This document shows positions 20,684-30,651 of a stretch of 64,000 nt of DNA, one piece after another. The DNA is from an uncultured Solirubrobacteraceae bacterium (GTDB taxonomy: Bacteria; Actinomycetota; Thermoleophilia; Solirubrobacterales; Solirubrobacteraceae): assembly GCA_963845635.1 (NCBI GenBank), contig CAWJSW010000007.1:83655-147654 (forward strand), in the 5' to 3' direction. The notes below the pieces were generated by a model. That model was not told the origin of the DNA. It made no database searches and was given only the letters and a program-made list of their open reading frames with translations. How positions within the stretch are numbered: the stretch's first letter is position 1; each line of letters begins with the position of its first letter. A program made the position numbers and the translations under genes.

Positions 20684-21817
20684 TCAGGCGGGAGCCAGCG
20701 ACTTGCGCTTGGCGCCCAGCGCCTGCATCAGCTCTTCGAAGGACGCGGAGAATTTCTCGACGCCCTCGCGCTCCAGCGTCTCGGTCACGTCGTCGTAGTC
20801 GACGCCCACCCGCTCGAGCTCAGCCAGCAGCTCGTGCGCGGCCTCCAGGCCGGCTTCCAGACGCGGCTGTGGATCGCCGTGGTCCTGGTAGGCCTTGATC
20901 GTCTCCTCCGGCATCGTGTCGACCGTATCGGCACCGGCGAGCTCGTCGACGTACATCGTGTCCGGGTATGCCGGGTTCTTGGTCGACGTGGACGCCCACA
21001 GCACGCGCTGCGGGGTGGCGCCCTTACCCTCGAGGAACTCCCATCGGGGGCCGCTGAACGCCTGCTTGTAGTGCTCGTATGCGAGCTTCGCGTTGGCGAT
21101 CGCGAGCTTGCCGCGCAGCGCCCGCGCCTCGTCGGTGTTCAGCTCTTCCAGTCGCCGGTCCGCCTCCGTGTCGATGCGCGAGACGAAGAAGCTCGCCACC
21201 GAGGCGACCTTCCGCGGGTCCCCGGCCTCGGACACGAGCCGCTCGAGCCCGCGGATGTAGGACTCCGCGACCTCCGCGTAGCGTCGCAGCGAGAAGATCA
21301 GCGTCACGTTGATCGAGCGGCCCTTGGCGATCACGTCCTCGATCGCCGCGAGGCCGGGCTTGGTCGCCGGGATCTTGACCAGCAGGTTTGGGCGCTCGAC
21401 GCGCTCGTGCAGCTTCATCGCCTCGCGGTAGGTCTGAAGCGTGTCGTACGCCAGCCGCGGGTCGACCTCCAGCGAGACGTACCCGTCGCGGGCTGGGCGG
21501 GCATCACGTTCCCCGTCCCACACCGGCCGGAAGAGGTCGCACGCGTCCTCGATGTCCTGGATCGCCAGCGTCCAGAAGGTCGCGTCCACGTCGCTGTCGC
21601 TGTCGGCAAGTTCGTGCAGCTGCTCGTCGTAGGCGTTTCCCTCGGTCATCGCCTTCTCGAAGATCGTCGGGTTGGAGGTCGCGCCGACGACCGCAAAGTC
21701 GTCGATCAGCTCTTGAAGGTGGCCCCCGCGGATCGACCCGCGTGAGAGGAAGTCCACCCACACGCTCTGGCCGAGGGCCGACAAACGCTGGAGAGGGGGA
21801 GGTGCGTCGGCGGGCAT
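20684..21817 (-). CDS. tal: Transaldolase
   Basis: GATSNPTIF, VSLEVDP, LVKIPAT (Schiff-base Lys), NVTLIFS, ASFFVSR and LWASTSTK motifs. Confidence 0.95.
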   Translation of the reverse strand: MPADAPPPLQRLSALGQSVWVDFLSRGSIRGGHLQELIDDFAVVGATSNPTIFEKAMTEGNAYDEQLHELADSDSDVDATFWTLAIQDIEDACDLFRPVWDGERDARPARDGYVSLEVDPRLAYDTLQTYREAMKLHERVERPNLLVKIPATKPGLAAIEDVIAKGRSINVTLIFSLRRYAEVAESYIRGLERLVSEAGDPRKVASVASFFVSRIDTEADRRLEELNTDEARALRGKLAIANAKLAYEHYKQAFSGPRWEFLEGKGATPQRVLWASTSTKNPAYPDTMYVDELAGADTVDTMPEETIKAYQDHGDPQPRLEAGLEAAHELLAELERVGVDYDDVTETLEREGVEKFSASFEELMQALGAKRKSLAPA

Positions 21818-21826
21818 GGCGGCTCC

Positions 21827-23899
21827 TCAGGGTCTCGGTTCGAGTACCTCGCGCGCGCGCGAGACGATGTTATCGGCGGTGAAGCCGAACTTCTCAAGCA
21901 CCGTAGTACCCGGAGCAGACGCGCCAAAGTGATCGAGGCCGAGTACGTCCCCGTCGCTGCCCACCCACTTCCACCAGCTCATGCTGGAGCCCGGCTCGAC
22001 GGCCAGGCGCGCGCGCGTCTGCGGCGGCAGCACCTCGTCGCGGTACTCCTGAGGCTGGGCTTCGAACAGCTCCATGCAGGGCATCGACACGACCCGCGCG
22101 TGCACGCCCGCGCTCGCGAGCTGGCGGCCTGCGTCGAGCGTGGGCGGCACCTCCGAACCCGTCGATATCAGGATCACGGCAGGCAGGCCATCGCCGTCGC
22201 GGCGCGATTCCTGGGCAGCGTCGCCATCCGGCGAGGAGGAGTCCCACAGCACGTAGCCGCCGCGCTCGAGTCCCTGCGCAGCGCCGAGGTGCGCGCGGTC
22301 GAGCACGGGGACGTTCTGGCGCGAGAGCAGCAGCGCGACCGGCCCGTCTTCGCGCTCGATCGCGACGCGCCAGGCCTCGCTCGTCTCGTTGGCGTCGCCC
22401 GGGCGGATCACCCACAGGTTTGGCATCGCGCGCAGCGAGGCGTAGTGCTCGACCGGCTGGTGTGTCGGCCCGTCCTCGCCGAGCCCGACCGAGTCGTGCG
22501 TCCACACCCACACGACCGGCAGCCCCATCAGCGCCGACAGGCGCACGGAGCCGCGCATGTAGTCGGAGAACATCAGGAATGTGGAGCCGTAGGGGCTGAC
22601 GAACCCGCCGTGCGCGGCGACGCCGTTGACGATCGCCCCCATCGCGTGCTCGCGGATCCCGAACGGCACGTTGCGCCCGGCGTGCACGCTCGAGAACTCC
22701 CCGCCCCCGTCAAACACGGTCTTGGTCGACTCGACCAGGTCGGCGGCGCCGCCGATCATCGTCGGCGCGTACTCCGAGAAGGCCGCCATCGCCTTCTGCC
22801 CGGCCGAGCGCGTCGCGATCTGCCCGCCGGCATCGAAGCTGGGCAGCGAGTCGCGCCAGCCATCGCGCAGTCGTCCGGCCCACGCGCGATCCCATTCCTC
22901 GCTCAACTCAGGCACCGCCTCGCGCCATTCCTGCAAGCGCGCCTGCCACTGCTTCTGCACGACGGCGCCACGCCCGCGCAGCGACATGTGCTGGTACACG
23001 CGCTCGTCGACCCAGAACGTACGCTCGGGGTCGAAGCCCATCGCTTCCTTGGTGGCGCGCACCTCCGCCTCGCCGAGCGGCCCGCCGTGGGCTTTGGCGG
23101 TGTCGATGGCGTGCGGCGCCGGATACGCGATGTGCGAGCGAATCGAGATGAACGACGGACGCTCGGTCTCCTCGCGCGCGGCCGCGATCGCCGCGTGCAG
23201 CGCGTGCAGGTCCTCCGAGTCCTCCACGCGCTGGACATGCCAGCCATCCGCCTGCATCCGATCGACGTGGTTCTCGCCATCGAAGGAGATCGCCGTGGTG
23301 CCGTCGATCGTGATGTGGTTGTCGTCGTAGCAGGCGATCAGCTTGCCCAGTCGGAAGTGCCCGGCGATCGATGCCGCTTCCTGGCTGATGCCCTCCATCA
23401 GGTCTCCGTCGGAGCAGATCACGTACACGTGGTGGTCGACGATCTCGTGCCCCGGACGGTTGAAGCGGTCGGCGAGGAAGCGCTCCGCGACCGCCATCCC
23501 AACCGCGTTGGCGAAGCCCTGCCCGAGCGGGCCTGTGGTGATCTCGATACCCGGCGTGTGGCCGCGCTCGGGGTGTCCGGGCGTGCGCGAGCCCCACTGG
23601 CGGAACTGCTCGAGGTCCTCCAGGCCGAGGTCGTAGCCCACCAGGTGGCTGAGCGAGTACTGGAGCATGCACGCGTGCCCGCAGCTGAGCACGAAACGAT
23701 CGCGCCCGGGCCACTCGGTGTCGGCGGGATTCACGCGCAGGAAGCGCTCGTAGATGGTGTACGCGAGCGGCGCTAGCGCCATCGCGGTGCCCGGATGTCC
23801 CGAGTTGGCCTTCTGCACGGCGTCCATCGACAGGCCTCGAATCGTGTCGATCGACAACCGGCGGATCTCAGCCTCGTCCGGCGCTGGTGAAGCGGCCAT
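21827..23899 (-). CDS. tkt: Transketolase
   Basis: [38 protein letters not shown] and [16 protein letters not shown] motifs. Confidence 0.96.
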   Translation of the reverse strand: MAASPAPDEAEIRRLSIDTIRGLSMDAVQKANSGHPGTAMALAPLAYTIYERFLRVNPADTEWPGRDRFVLSCGHACMLQYSLSHLVGYDLGLEDLEQFRQWGSRTPGHPERGHTPGIEITTGPLGQGFANAVGMAVAERFLADRFNRPGHEIVDHHVYVICSDGDLMEGISQEAASIAGHFRLGKLIACYDDNHITIDGTTAISFDGENHVDRMQADGWHVQRVEDSEDLHALHAAIAAAREETERPSFISIRSHIAYPAPHAIDTAKAHGGPLGEAEVRATKEAMGFDPERTFWVDERVYQHMSLRGRGAVVQKQWQARLQEWREAVPELSEEWDRAWAGRLRDGWRDSLPSFDAGGQIATRSAGQKAMAAFSEYAPTMIGGAADLVESTKTVFDGGGEFSSVHAGRNVPFGIREHAMGAIVNGVAAHGGFVSPYGSTFLMFSDYMRGSVRLSALMGLPVVWVWTHDSVGLGEDGPTHQPVEHYASLRAMPNLWVIRPGDANETSEAWRVAIEREDGPVALLLSRQNVPVLDRAHLGAAQGLERGGYVLWDSSSPDGDAAQESRRDGDGLPAVILISTGSEVPPTLDAGRQLASAGVHARVVSMPCMELFEAQPQEYRDEVLPPQTRARLAVEPGSSMSWWKWVGSDGDVLGLDHFGASAPGTTVLEKFGFTADNIVSRAREVLEPRP

Positions 23900-23966
23900 T
23901 GCAACGCGATCCTACTAGGCACAAGCGTCGGCTACACGGCACGCCACCCGGTAGAGTTCCTTGATC

Positions 23967-24914
23967 GTGTCAGAGCAGTTTTGCGACGTCGGCAGGGGCA
24001 TCAGCCTGTGCTACGAGACCTTCGGCGCGGCTTCGGACCCGACCGCGCTGCTGATCATGGGCCTGGGCACGCAGATGATCGCCTGGCACGAGGACTTCTG
24101 CCGTGAGCTCGCCGCACGCGGGCTGCACGTGGTCCGCTTCGACAACCGCGACATCGGCCACTCGACGCACGTCCGGGGCCGCCCCCCGACGGCACTCCAG
24201 CTGCTGCGGCGCTCGCGTCGCGCGGCGCGCTACACGCTCGGTGACATGGCCGACGACGCCGACGGGCTGTTGCGCGAGCTCGATCTGGCGCCCGCGCACG
24301 TGATCGGCGCCTCGATGGGCGGCATGATCGCCCAGACGCTCGCTGCGCGCCACCACGACGACGTGCGCTCGCTCGTGTCGATCATGTCCAACACCGGCAG
24401 CATTCGCAGCGGCCAGCCTGCGCCGCGCGTGTACCCGATGTTCCTACGCCACGCGCCGCAGGGTCGCGAGGCGTTCATCAAGCACCTGGAAGGCGTGTTC
24501 GACACGATCGGCTCGCGTAGCCTGCCGCGGAACCGCGAGGACATCCGCGCGTTGGCGAGCATGACCTACGACCGCGACCACGATCCCGCCGGACCAGGGC
24601 GCCAGCTCGCCGCGATCATCGCCTCCGGCGACCGCACCGCGGAGCTGCATCGGATCGTCGCTCCCACCTTGGTGATCCACGGCACCGCCGATCCGCTCGT
24701 GGCACCGTCCGGCGGGCGGGCCACCGCGCGGGCGATCCCCGGCGCGCAGCTGATGATGGTCGAGGGGATGGGTCATGACCTGCCGCGCTCGGTCTGGCCG
24801 CAGCTGATCGAGCGCATCACCGCCCACACGCTGCACGCCGACGAGCGCGCCAGCGAGCATGCGAACGGCCACCTGTCCCTACCTGCCCGCCCTCCCTCGC
24901 TCTCGGGCCTGTAG
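23967..24914 (+). CDS. Alpha/beta fold hydrolase
   Basis: LLIMGLG, RFDNRDIGHS, GASMGG nucleophile, HGTADPLV and GMGHDL motifs; start GTG 23967 or TTG 23961. Confidence 0.88.
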   Translation: MSEQFCDVGRGISLCYETFGAASDPTALLIMGLGTQMIAWHEDFCRELAARGLHVVRFDNRDIGHSTHVRGRPPTALQLLRRSRRAARYTLGDMADDADGLLRELDLAPAHVIGASMGGMIAQTLAARHHDDVRSLVSIMSNTGSIRSGQPAPRVYPMFLRHAPQGREAFIKHLEGVFDTIGSRSLPRNREDIRALASMTYDRDHDPAGPGRQLAAIIASGDRTAELHRIVAPTLVIHGTADPLVAPSGGRATARAIPGAQLMMVEGMGHDLPRSVWPQLIERITAHTLHADERASEHANGHLSLPARPPSLSGL

Positions 24915-24943
24915 GGACAGCCAGCCTTCCCCCGTCTCCTCCC

Positions 24944-25144
24944 TCACCGTCCCTGCGGGCGCCGCGTGCAGGCACGCAGGCCCATCAGGGAGTGCGCACG
25001 TCCGCTGGAGCACCACTGGCTGTGCGCCTGAACGCGCACCAGCCAGTGCAGGTCGTGACGACAGTGCGAGCGCCGGTACGGCCAACGGCCGTGCAGCGCG
25101 CGGAGCATGCGCTGCTCGTGGCATGGGAAGACCCTCATCTCCAT
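24944..25144 (-). CDS. Small His/Cys/Arg-rich hypothetical protein (66 aa)
   Basis: AAGGAG 6 nt before ATG; third codon positions mostly G/C; 4 Cys, 7 His, 13 Arg. Confidence 0.5.
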   Translation of the reverse strand: MEMRVFPCHEQRMLRALHGRWPYRRSHCRHDLHWLVRVQAHSQWCSSGRAHSLMGLRACTRRPQGR

Positions 25145-25415
25145 GTCCGCTCCTTGCCGCTTCGCGCCCGGTCTCGCGTCGTGCTAGACCCCATTGTCCC
25201 CATCCCTTCCATCGATCTGCGGGAGCCGCCCCGCACGACATATAAATCAGGTTTTACGCAGGTTGTCAACTTTAGCCGCGTGACCTACATCTGGCCCGAT
25301 GATCGAGCGGGCGCGAGTTGTACGTTTCGGAGCATGCGGCGAGCGCGAACGGGGCGTCGCCCGGAGCGGCAGGGCGCCTGTCGGCTCGCGGCCGGCGCCC
25401 CGGGGAGGATGCGAG

Positions 25416-25511
25416 TGCGCCCGGCGGGAATCGAACCCGCGGCCTGCGGCTTGAAAGACCGCTGCTCTTTGGCTCCCCGAAGAGAACCGTTGACCACTGA
25501 GCTACGGGCGC
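25416..25511 (-). tRNA. Atypical tRNA with anticodon UUC (Glu) and a hairpin inserted in the D-loop; CCA not encoded
   Basis: Acceptor stem GCGCCCG/CGGGCGC plus A73; U8 A9; D-stem GCUC/GAGC with a 31-nt loop; anticodon arm GCGGU-CUUUCAA-GCCGC; variable loop AGGCC; T-arm GCGGG-UUCGAUU-CCCGC. Confidence 0.85.
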
Positions 25512-25524
25512 GCTGTGCGGACCC

Positions 25525-25530
25525 ATAATA
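25525..25530 (-). promoter_or_regulatory. -10 box of the tRNA gene
   Basis: TATTAT ends 13 nt upstream of tRNA position 1, in otherwise GC-rich DNA. Confidence 0.6.
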
Positions 25531-25641
25531 AGCGAGCCTCCGCGGCGCGCGCAGCACGATCGCATCGGCGGGCGGCCGCGAGCGCCCCAGCAGTGACGCC
25601 CACCACGAGCACGGAGCGGACGATCGTGCACGATACTCCCG

Positions 25642-27147
25642 GTGGTGAGGCGCTGTGTGGCGGCGATCGACCAGGGCACGACCAGCACGCGCGTGATCCT
25701 GTTCGACTCCGACGGCCGGGTGCGCGCGCAAGAGCAGCGCGAGCACGCGCAGATCCACCCGCAGGCTGGGTGGGTCGAGCACGACGCGCGCGAGGTGTGG
25801 CAGCGCACGCGCGAGGTGATCGACGGCGCCCTCACCAGCGCCGGCGCGAGCGCCGGGGAGATCGCAGCGCTCGGCATCACCAACCAGCGCGAGACGACGC
25901 TCGTGTGGGATCGTCGCACGGGCGAGCCCGTCCACAACGCGATCGTCTGGCAGGACACGCGCACGGCGGCGCTCGTACACGAGCTCGCCGGCTCGGCGGG
26001 AACCGACCGCCTGCGCGAGCGTGTCGGCCTGCCGCTGTCGACGTACTTCTCCGGGCCCAAGCTCACGTGGCTGCTCGACAACATCGAGGGCCTGCGTGAG
26101 CGCGCCGAGAGCGGCGAGCTGGCGTTCGGGAACATGGACGCGTGGCTGCTGTGGATGCTGACCGGCGGTCCCGCAGGCGGCATCCACGCAACCGACGTGA
26201 CCAACGCGAGCCGCACGATGCTGATGGACCTGCGCACGCTCGACTGGCACGAGCCGAGCCTCGAGCTGATGGGCGTCCCGCGCGCGCTGCTGCCCGAGAT
26301 CCGATCCTCGAGCGAGGTCTACGGCGAGACCCGCGTTGGCGCGCTCGCGGGCGTCGCGGTGGCGGGCATCGTCGGCGACCAGCAGGCGGCGCTGTTCGGG
26401 CAGACGTGCTTCCGGCGCGGCGAGGCCAAGAACACCTACGGCACCGGTGCGTTCATGCTCGTCAACACCGGCGAGCAGATCGAGCGCTCGCAGGCGCTGC
26501 TCACGAGCGTCGCCGCGCAGATCGGCGGGCAGCCCCCGCGCTACGTGCTCGAGGGCTCGATCGCGGTGACGGGAGCCGCGGTGCAGTGGCTGCGCGACCA
26601 GCTCGGCCTGATCGAGACGGCGGCGCAGGTGGAGGAGCTCGCGAGCACCGTGCAGGACAACGGCGGCGTGTACTTCGTGCCGGCCTTCTCGGGGCTGTTC
26701 GCGCCCTACTGGCGCGACGACGCCCGCGGCGTGATCGCGGGACTGACCGCGTACGCCCGCGCAGGACACCTCGCGCGCGCGGTGCTGGAGGCGACGGCAT
26801 GGCAGACGCGGGAGGTGCTCGACGCGGTGCGCGCCGACGCCGCGGGGGTCGAGCTGAGCGAGCTGCGCGTCGACGGCGGCATGACCGCCAACGAGCTGCT
26901 GATGCAGCTCCAGGCGGACGTGCTGGACATGCCCGTGGTGCGTCCGCGGGTGAGCGAGACGACCGCGCTCGGCGCCGCGTTCGCCGCCGGCCTGGCGGTC
27001 GGCTTCTGGTCAGACGAGGACGAGCTGAGCGCGCGCTGGTCGGTGGACCGGCGCTGGGAGCCGCAGATGGACGAGCGCGTGCGCGAGCGCGAGCACGCGC
27101 GCTGGCGCAAGGCCGTGGAGCGCTCGCTGGGCTGGGTCGATGACTAG
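25642..27147 (+). CDS. glpK: Glycerol kinase
   Basis: [46 protein letters not shown] and RVDGGM motifs. Confidence 0.95.
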   Translation: MVRRCVAAIDQGTTSTRVILFDSDGRVRAQEQREHAQIHPQAGWVEHDAREVWQRTREVIDGALTSAGASAGEIAALGITNQRETTLVWDRRTGEPVHNAIVWQDTRTAALVHELAGSAGTDRLRERVGLPLSTYFSGPKLTWLLDNIEGLRERAESGELAFGNMDAWLLWMLTGGPAGGIHATDVTNASRTMLMDLRTLDWHEPSLELMGVPRALLPEIRSSSEVYGETRVGALAGVAVAGIVGDQQAALFGQTCFRRGEAKNTYGTGAFMLVNTGEQIERSQALLTSVAAQIGGQPPRYVLEGSIAVTGAAVQWLRDQLGLIETAAQVEELASTVQDNGGVYFVPAFSGLFAPYWRDDARGVIAGLTAYARAGHLARAVLEATAWQTREVLDAVRADAAGVELSELRVDGGMTANELLMQLQADVLDMPVVRPRVSETTALGAAFAAGLAVGFWSDEDELSARWSVDRRWEPQMDERVREREHARWRKAVERSLGWVDD

Positions 27148-27176
27148 ACGGCCGAGATGCGCCGCCTGTCAACCAT

Positions 27177-28211
27177 TTAGGGCGTGAGCACGACCTTGAG
27201 GGCTTCGCGGCGGTCGAACACGGCGTAGGCCTCGGGCGCCTGCTCGAGCGTCATGTGGTGGGTGACGAGCGCGCTCGGGTCCAGCAGGCCGGCGTCGAGC
27301 ATCGCGAGCACGCGGTCGACGTGGCCGATCACGTTTGCCTGCCCGCCGCGCAGCGTCAGCGTCTTTAGCCACAGCAGGCCCATGTGCACATCCGCGCGCT
27401 CGGCGTACACGCCGATGCACTGGATCGCGCCGCACGCGCGCGTCAGGCGGATCGCGCTGTCGAGCACCTTGGGATCGCCGACCGCGTCGATGCACACGTC
27501 CACGCCGCGGTCTTCGGTGGCGGCGCGCACCTCCGCGCGCACGTCCTGCTCGTTCAGATGCAACGGGTGCGCGCCGAAGGACTCCGCCACGGCCAGGCGC
27601 TCGGGCACGCTGTCGATCGCGAACACGTGCGCGGCGCCGACCGCGCGCGCGGCCTGAACGGCGCACAGCCCGACCGGGCCGAGACCCAACACCGCGGCGA
27701 CGTCGCCGGGGCGCAGGCCGCTCTCCACGACCGCGTGGAAGCCGGTTCCCATCACGTCGCCGGCGAACAGCGCGACGTCGTTGCTCATGCCCTCGGGGAC
27801 GCGCCGCAGCACGAGGTTGGCGTGCGGCACGAGCGCCTGGTCGGCCTGCGTCCCCTGGAGCGAGCCGAGGGCGGCGCCGTGGCCGAAGGTACGCGACTGC
27901 ACGCAGCGGTGGTAGTCGCCGCGCCGGCAGAAGAAGCACACGCCGCATGCGCTCTGAAAGCAGCCGAGCACGCGGTCGCCGACCGACACGCGCGTGACCG
28001 CGTCGCCGACGGCGAGCACCGTGCCGACGTACTCGTGGCCGATCGTGAAGCCCGGCTCGATCTGCACGCGCCCGTGGAAGATGTGCAGGTCCGAGCCGCA
28101 TACGCCCGTGGCCTCGACGCGCACGATCGCGTCTTCGGCGTCGATCAGCTCGGGCTCGGGGCGCTCCTCGACGCTCACCACGCCGGGCGACTGGAAGGTC
28201 ACAGCTCGCAT
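27177..28211 (-). CDS. Zinc-dependent alcohol dehydrogenase (MDR family)
   Basis: CGSDLH, GHEYVG, CGVCFFCRRG...C structural Zn site, GDVMGTG and GLGPVG motifs. Confidence 0.9.
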   Translation of the reverse strand: MRAVTFQSPGVVSVEERPEPELIDAEDAIVRVEATGVCGSDLHIFHGRVQIEPGFTIGHEYVGTVLAVGDAVTRVSVGDRVLGCFQSACGVCFFCRRGDYHRCVQSRTFGHGAALGSLQGTQADQALVPHANLVLRRVPEGMSNDVALFAGDVMGTGFHAVVESGLRPGDVAAVLGLGPVGLCAVQAARAVGAAHVFAIDSVPERLAVAESFGAHPLHLNEQDVRAEVRAATEDRGVDVCIDAVGDPKVLDSAIRLTRACGAIQCIGVYAERADVHMGLLWLKTLTLRGGQANVIGHVDRVLAMLDAGLLDPSALVTHHMTLEQAPEAYAVFDRREALKVVLTP

Positions 28212-28227
28212 TGGCAGGGCAGCCTAT

Positions 28228-29208
28228 CTAGCCGTGACCGAGCACGGGGTGAGGCGCGTATGGCTCCTCCAGCCGTGCGATCTCCTGCTCGTCCAGCGCC
28301 AGCTGCTCGGCCGCCAGCGCGTCGTCGACGTGCTCGACCCTGGTGGCGCCCACGATCGGCGCCGTCACGCCGGGCTTGTGCAGCAGCCACGCGAGCGCCA
28401 CCTGCGCGGGCGGCACGCCGCGCTCGCCGGCGAGGACTGCGACGCGCTCGACGACGTCGAAGTCGGTCGGCTGCTCATACAGGTAGTCGGTGAACGGATC
28501 GGTGCCCGAGCGGGTCGTCCGCCGCTCGCCGGCGCGCGTACGGTTGCCCGCGAGCACCCCGCGTGCGAGCGGGCTCCAGGGGATCACGCCAACGCCCTGA
28601 TCGATGCACAGCGGCAGCATCTCCCTCTCCTCCTCGCGATACACGAGGTTGTAGTGGTTCTGCATCGAGGCAAAGCGCGTCCAGCCGCGGCGCTCGGCGA
28701 CGTGCTGGGCCTTCGCGAACTGCCACGCGAACATGCTGCTGGCGCCGATGTAGCGGGCCTTGCCGGCGCGCACGACATCGTGCAGGGCCTCCATCGTCTC
28801 CTCGATCGGCGTGCGGTTGTCCCAGCGGTGGATCTGGTACAGGTCGACATAGTCCACCCCGAGGCGGGCCAGCGAGGCGTCGATCGCGGCGAGCACGTGC
28901 TTGCGCGAGAGCCCGCCACCGTTCTCGCCGGGGGTCATCGGCATGAACAGCTTGGTCGCGAGCACGTACTCCTCGCGGCCGAGCAGCTTGCCCAGCAGGC
29001 GCCCGGTGGCGATCTCGCTGGCGCCCTGCGAGTAGGTGTCGGCCGTGTCGAAGAACGTGATCCCGCCCTCCACGGCCGCCTTCACGATCGGCTCGGCCGC
29101 CTGCTCGTCGAGCACCCACGGTTTATCGCTGTCGTTGCCGAAGCTCATCATGCCCAGGCACACGCGCGAGACGCGCACGCCGCTGGAGCCGAGGTTCACG
29201 TAGTCCAT
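28228..29208 (-). CDS. Aldo/keto reductase
   Basis: VSRVCLGMMSFG, FFDTADTY, ATK, DYVDLYQIHRWD, SMQNHYNL and PWSPLARG motifs. Confidence 0.92.
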   Translation of the reverse strand: MDYVNLGSSGVRVSRVCLGMMSFGNDSDKPWVLDEQAAEPIVKAAVEGGITFFDTADTYSQGASEIATGRLLGKLLGREEYVLATKLFMPMTPGENGGGLSRKHVLAAIDASLARLGVDYVDLYQIHRWDNRTPIEETMEALHDVVRAGKARYIGASSMFAWQFAKAQHVAERRGWTRFASMQNHYNLVYREEEREMLPLCIDQGVGVIPWSPLARGVLAGNRTRAGERRTTRSGTDPFTDYLYEQPTDFDVVERVAVLAGERGVPPAQVALAWLLHKPGVTAPIVGATRVEHVDDALAAEQLALDEQEIARLEEPYAPHPVLGHG

Positions 29209-29221
29209 CGCGCCGCGAATG

Positions 29222-30646
29222 CTAGTCGGCGGCGCGCGCTGCGCCGGCCTTCGCGCGGCGGCGGGCTCGCTTCGGCGGCCGGGCGAGCGCGAGCAGCCCG
29301 TCCATCCCCGCCGCGATGCCCGCAGTCAGCGTATCGATGTCGCGGGCGCCATCGTAGTCACCGGTGACACCGAAGTACAGGCCGCCGTCGTAGGAGAAGA
29401 TCGCGACGACGATGCGGATCGATCCCACGACGGGGACGAACGGATAGGACTCGAGCATGCGCCGGCCGAGCGTCTGCACGGCCTGCTGAGGGCCGGGGAC
29501 GTTGGTGGTCGCGGTGTGCATGTTCAAGCGCGGCGACAACGTCACCAGGCGACTGCCGAGCGCGAGCAGCAGCGGCGGGGCGAAGCCGGACATCGAGGTC
29601 AGGACGTCGCCTGCGACCGCTTGCTTTGACTCCTTGATCCCGTCCATCTCAGCCCGGATCGCCGCGAGCACGCGTGCCGGGTCGAGCATCCCCACCGGTA
29701 GCCCGGCGAACACTGCTGAGACACGGTTGTTGTACACGCCCCGCTCGCCTCTGGCGCGTACCGAGACGGGGACCATCGTGCGCACTACGCGATCCTCGGC
29801 GAGGTCCTCTCCCCGCGCCTGAAGCAGCTCGCGAAAGCCGTTGGTGATGAGCGTCAGCACGACGTCGTTGACCGTCCCCCCGAGCGCCACGCGGACGGTC
29901 TTGACGTCGGCCAGGCGCACCCGCGCCCAGCTCCAGCGCCGGTGCGGTCCGATCGGGCCGGTCAGCGACGACGCTCCGACCGGGCGCATGCTGCTCGACG
30001 CCGCGACCGTCGCACGCGCGGCCTCGCCCAGCGCGCGCAAGGTCTGCAAGGGCGCGCGCAGCACCCGGCGCACCGCCTCCAGCTGCCCGCCCGGGCTCGC
30101 CCGTCGCGCGATCGTGCGGACGAGCACCTCGAGGTCCGAAGGCTCCGGTGCGGGCGCCCATTCCCGGGCGCTGGAGCGTGCGGTCGTATCCGAGAACATG
30201 ACCGACATCAGATCGGTGGCGGCCACGCCATCCACCATGCAGTGATGGACCTTCGACAGCAGCGCCCAGCGCCCGCCCTCCAGGCCCTCGACGGCCCACA
30301 GCTCCCACAGCGGCTTGTCGCGGTCCAGGTGCTGGGAGAACACGCGGCTCGCCATCTGACGCAGCTGAGCCTCGCTTCCCGGAGCTGGGACGGCGGTGTG
30401 GCGCAGGTGGTAGTCGAGGCTGAAGTGGGGATCGTCGATCCAGGCCGGCGAGCTCACGGCGAGCGGAACGAAGCGGACCTTCTGCCGATAGCGCGGCACG
30501 AGGTCGAGCTTGCCCGCGACCATCGCGCGCAGGTCCGCGAACGGCGGTGGCGGACCTTCGAAGATGCTGACGGCGCCGATGTGCATCGGCGTGGTGGCGT
30601 TCTCCACGTGCAGGAAGGATGAGTCGATCGGACTCATCCATTCCAT
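29222..30646 (-). CDS. Wax ester synthase / diacylglycerol acyltransferase (WS/DGAT)
   Basis: MSPIDSSFLHVE...PMHIG, LDRDKPLWE, HHCMVDG catalytic motif, TVNDVVL and TNVPGP. Confidence 0.93.
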   Translation of the reverse strand: MEWMSPIDSSFLHVENATTPMHIGAVSIFEGPPPPFADLRAMVAGKLDLVPRYRQKVRFVPLAVSSPAWIDDPHFSLDYHLRHTAVPAPGSEAQLRQMASRVFSQHLDRDKPLWELWAVEGLEGGRWALLSKVHHCMVDGVAATDLMSVMFSDTTARSSAREWAPAPEPSDLEVLVRTIARRASPGGQLEAVRRVLRAPLQTLRALGEAARATVAASSSMRPVGASSLTGPIGPHRRWSWARVRLADVKTVRVALGGTVNDVVLTLITNGFRELLQARGEDLAEDRVVRTMVPVSVRARGERGVYNNRVSAVFAGLPVGMLDPARVLAAIRAEMDGIKESKQAVAGDVLTSMSGFAPPLLLALGSRLVTLSPRLNMHTATTNVPGPQQAVQTLGRRMLESYPFVPVVGSIRIVVAIFSYDGGLYFGVTGDYDGARDIDTLTAGIAAGMDGLLALARPPKRARRRAKAGAARAAD

Positions 30647-30651
30647 CGCGT

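Noticed and set aside
25416-25511. Group I intron or integrative-element attachment site in the tRNA
   Set aside because: The insert is only about 22 nt and lies in the D-loop, not the anticodon loop. I found no integrase and no duplicated tRNA 3' end in the window.
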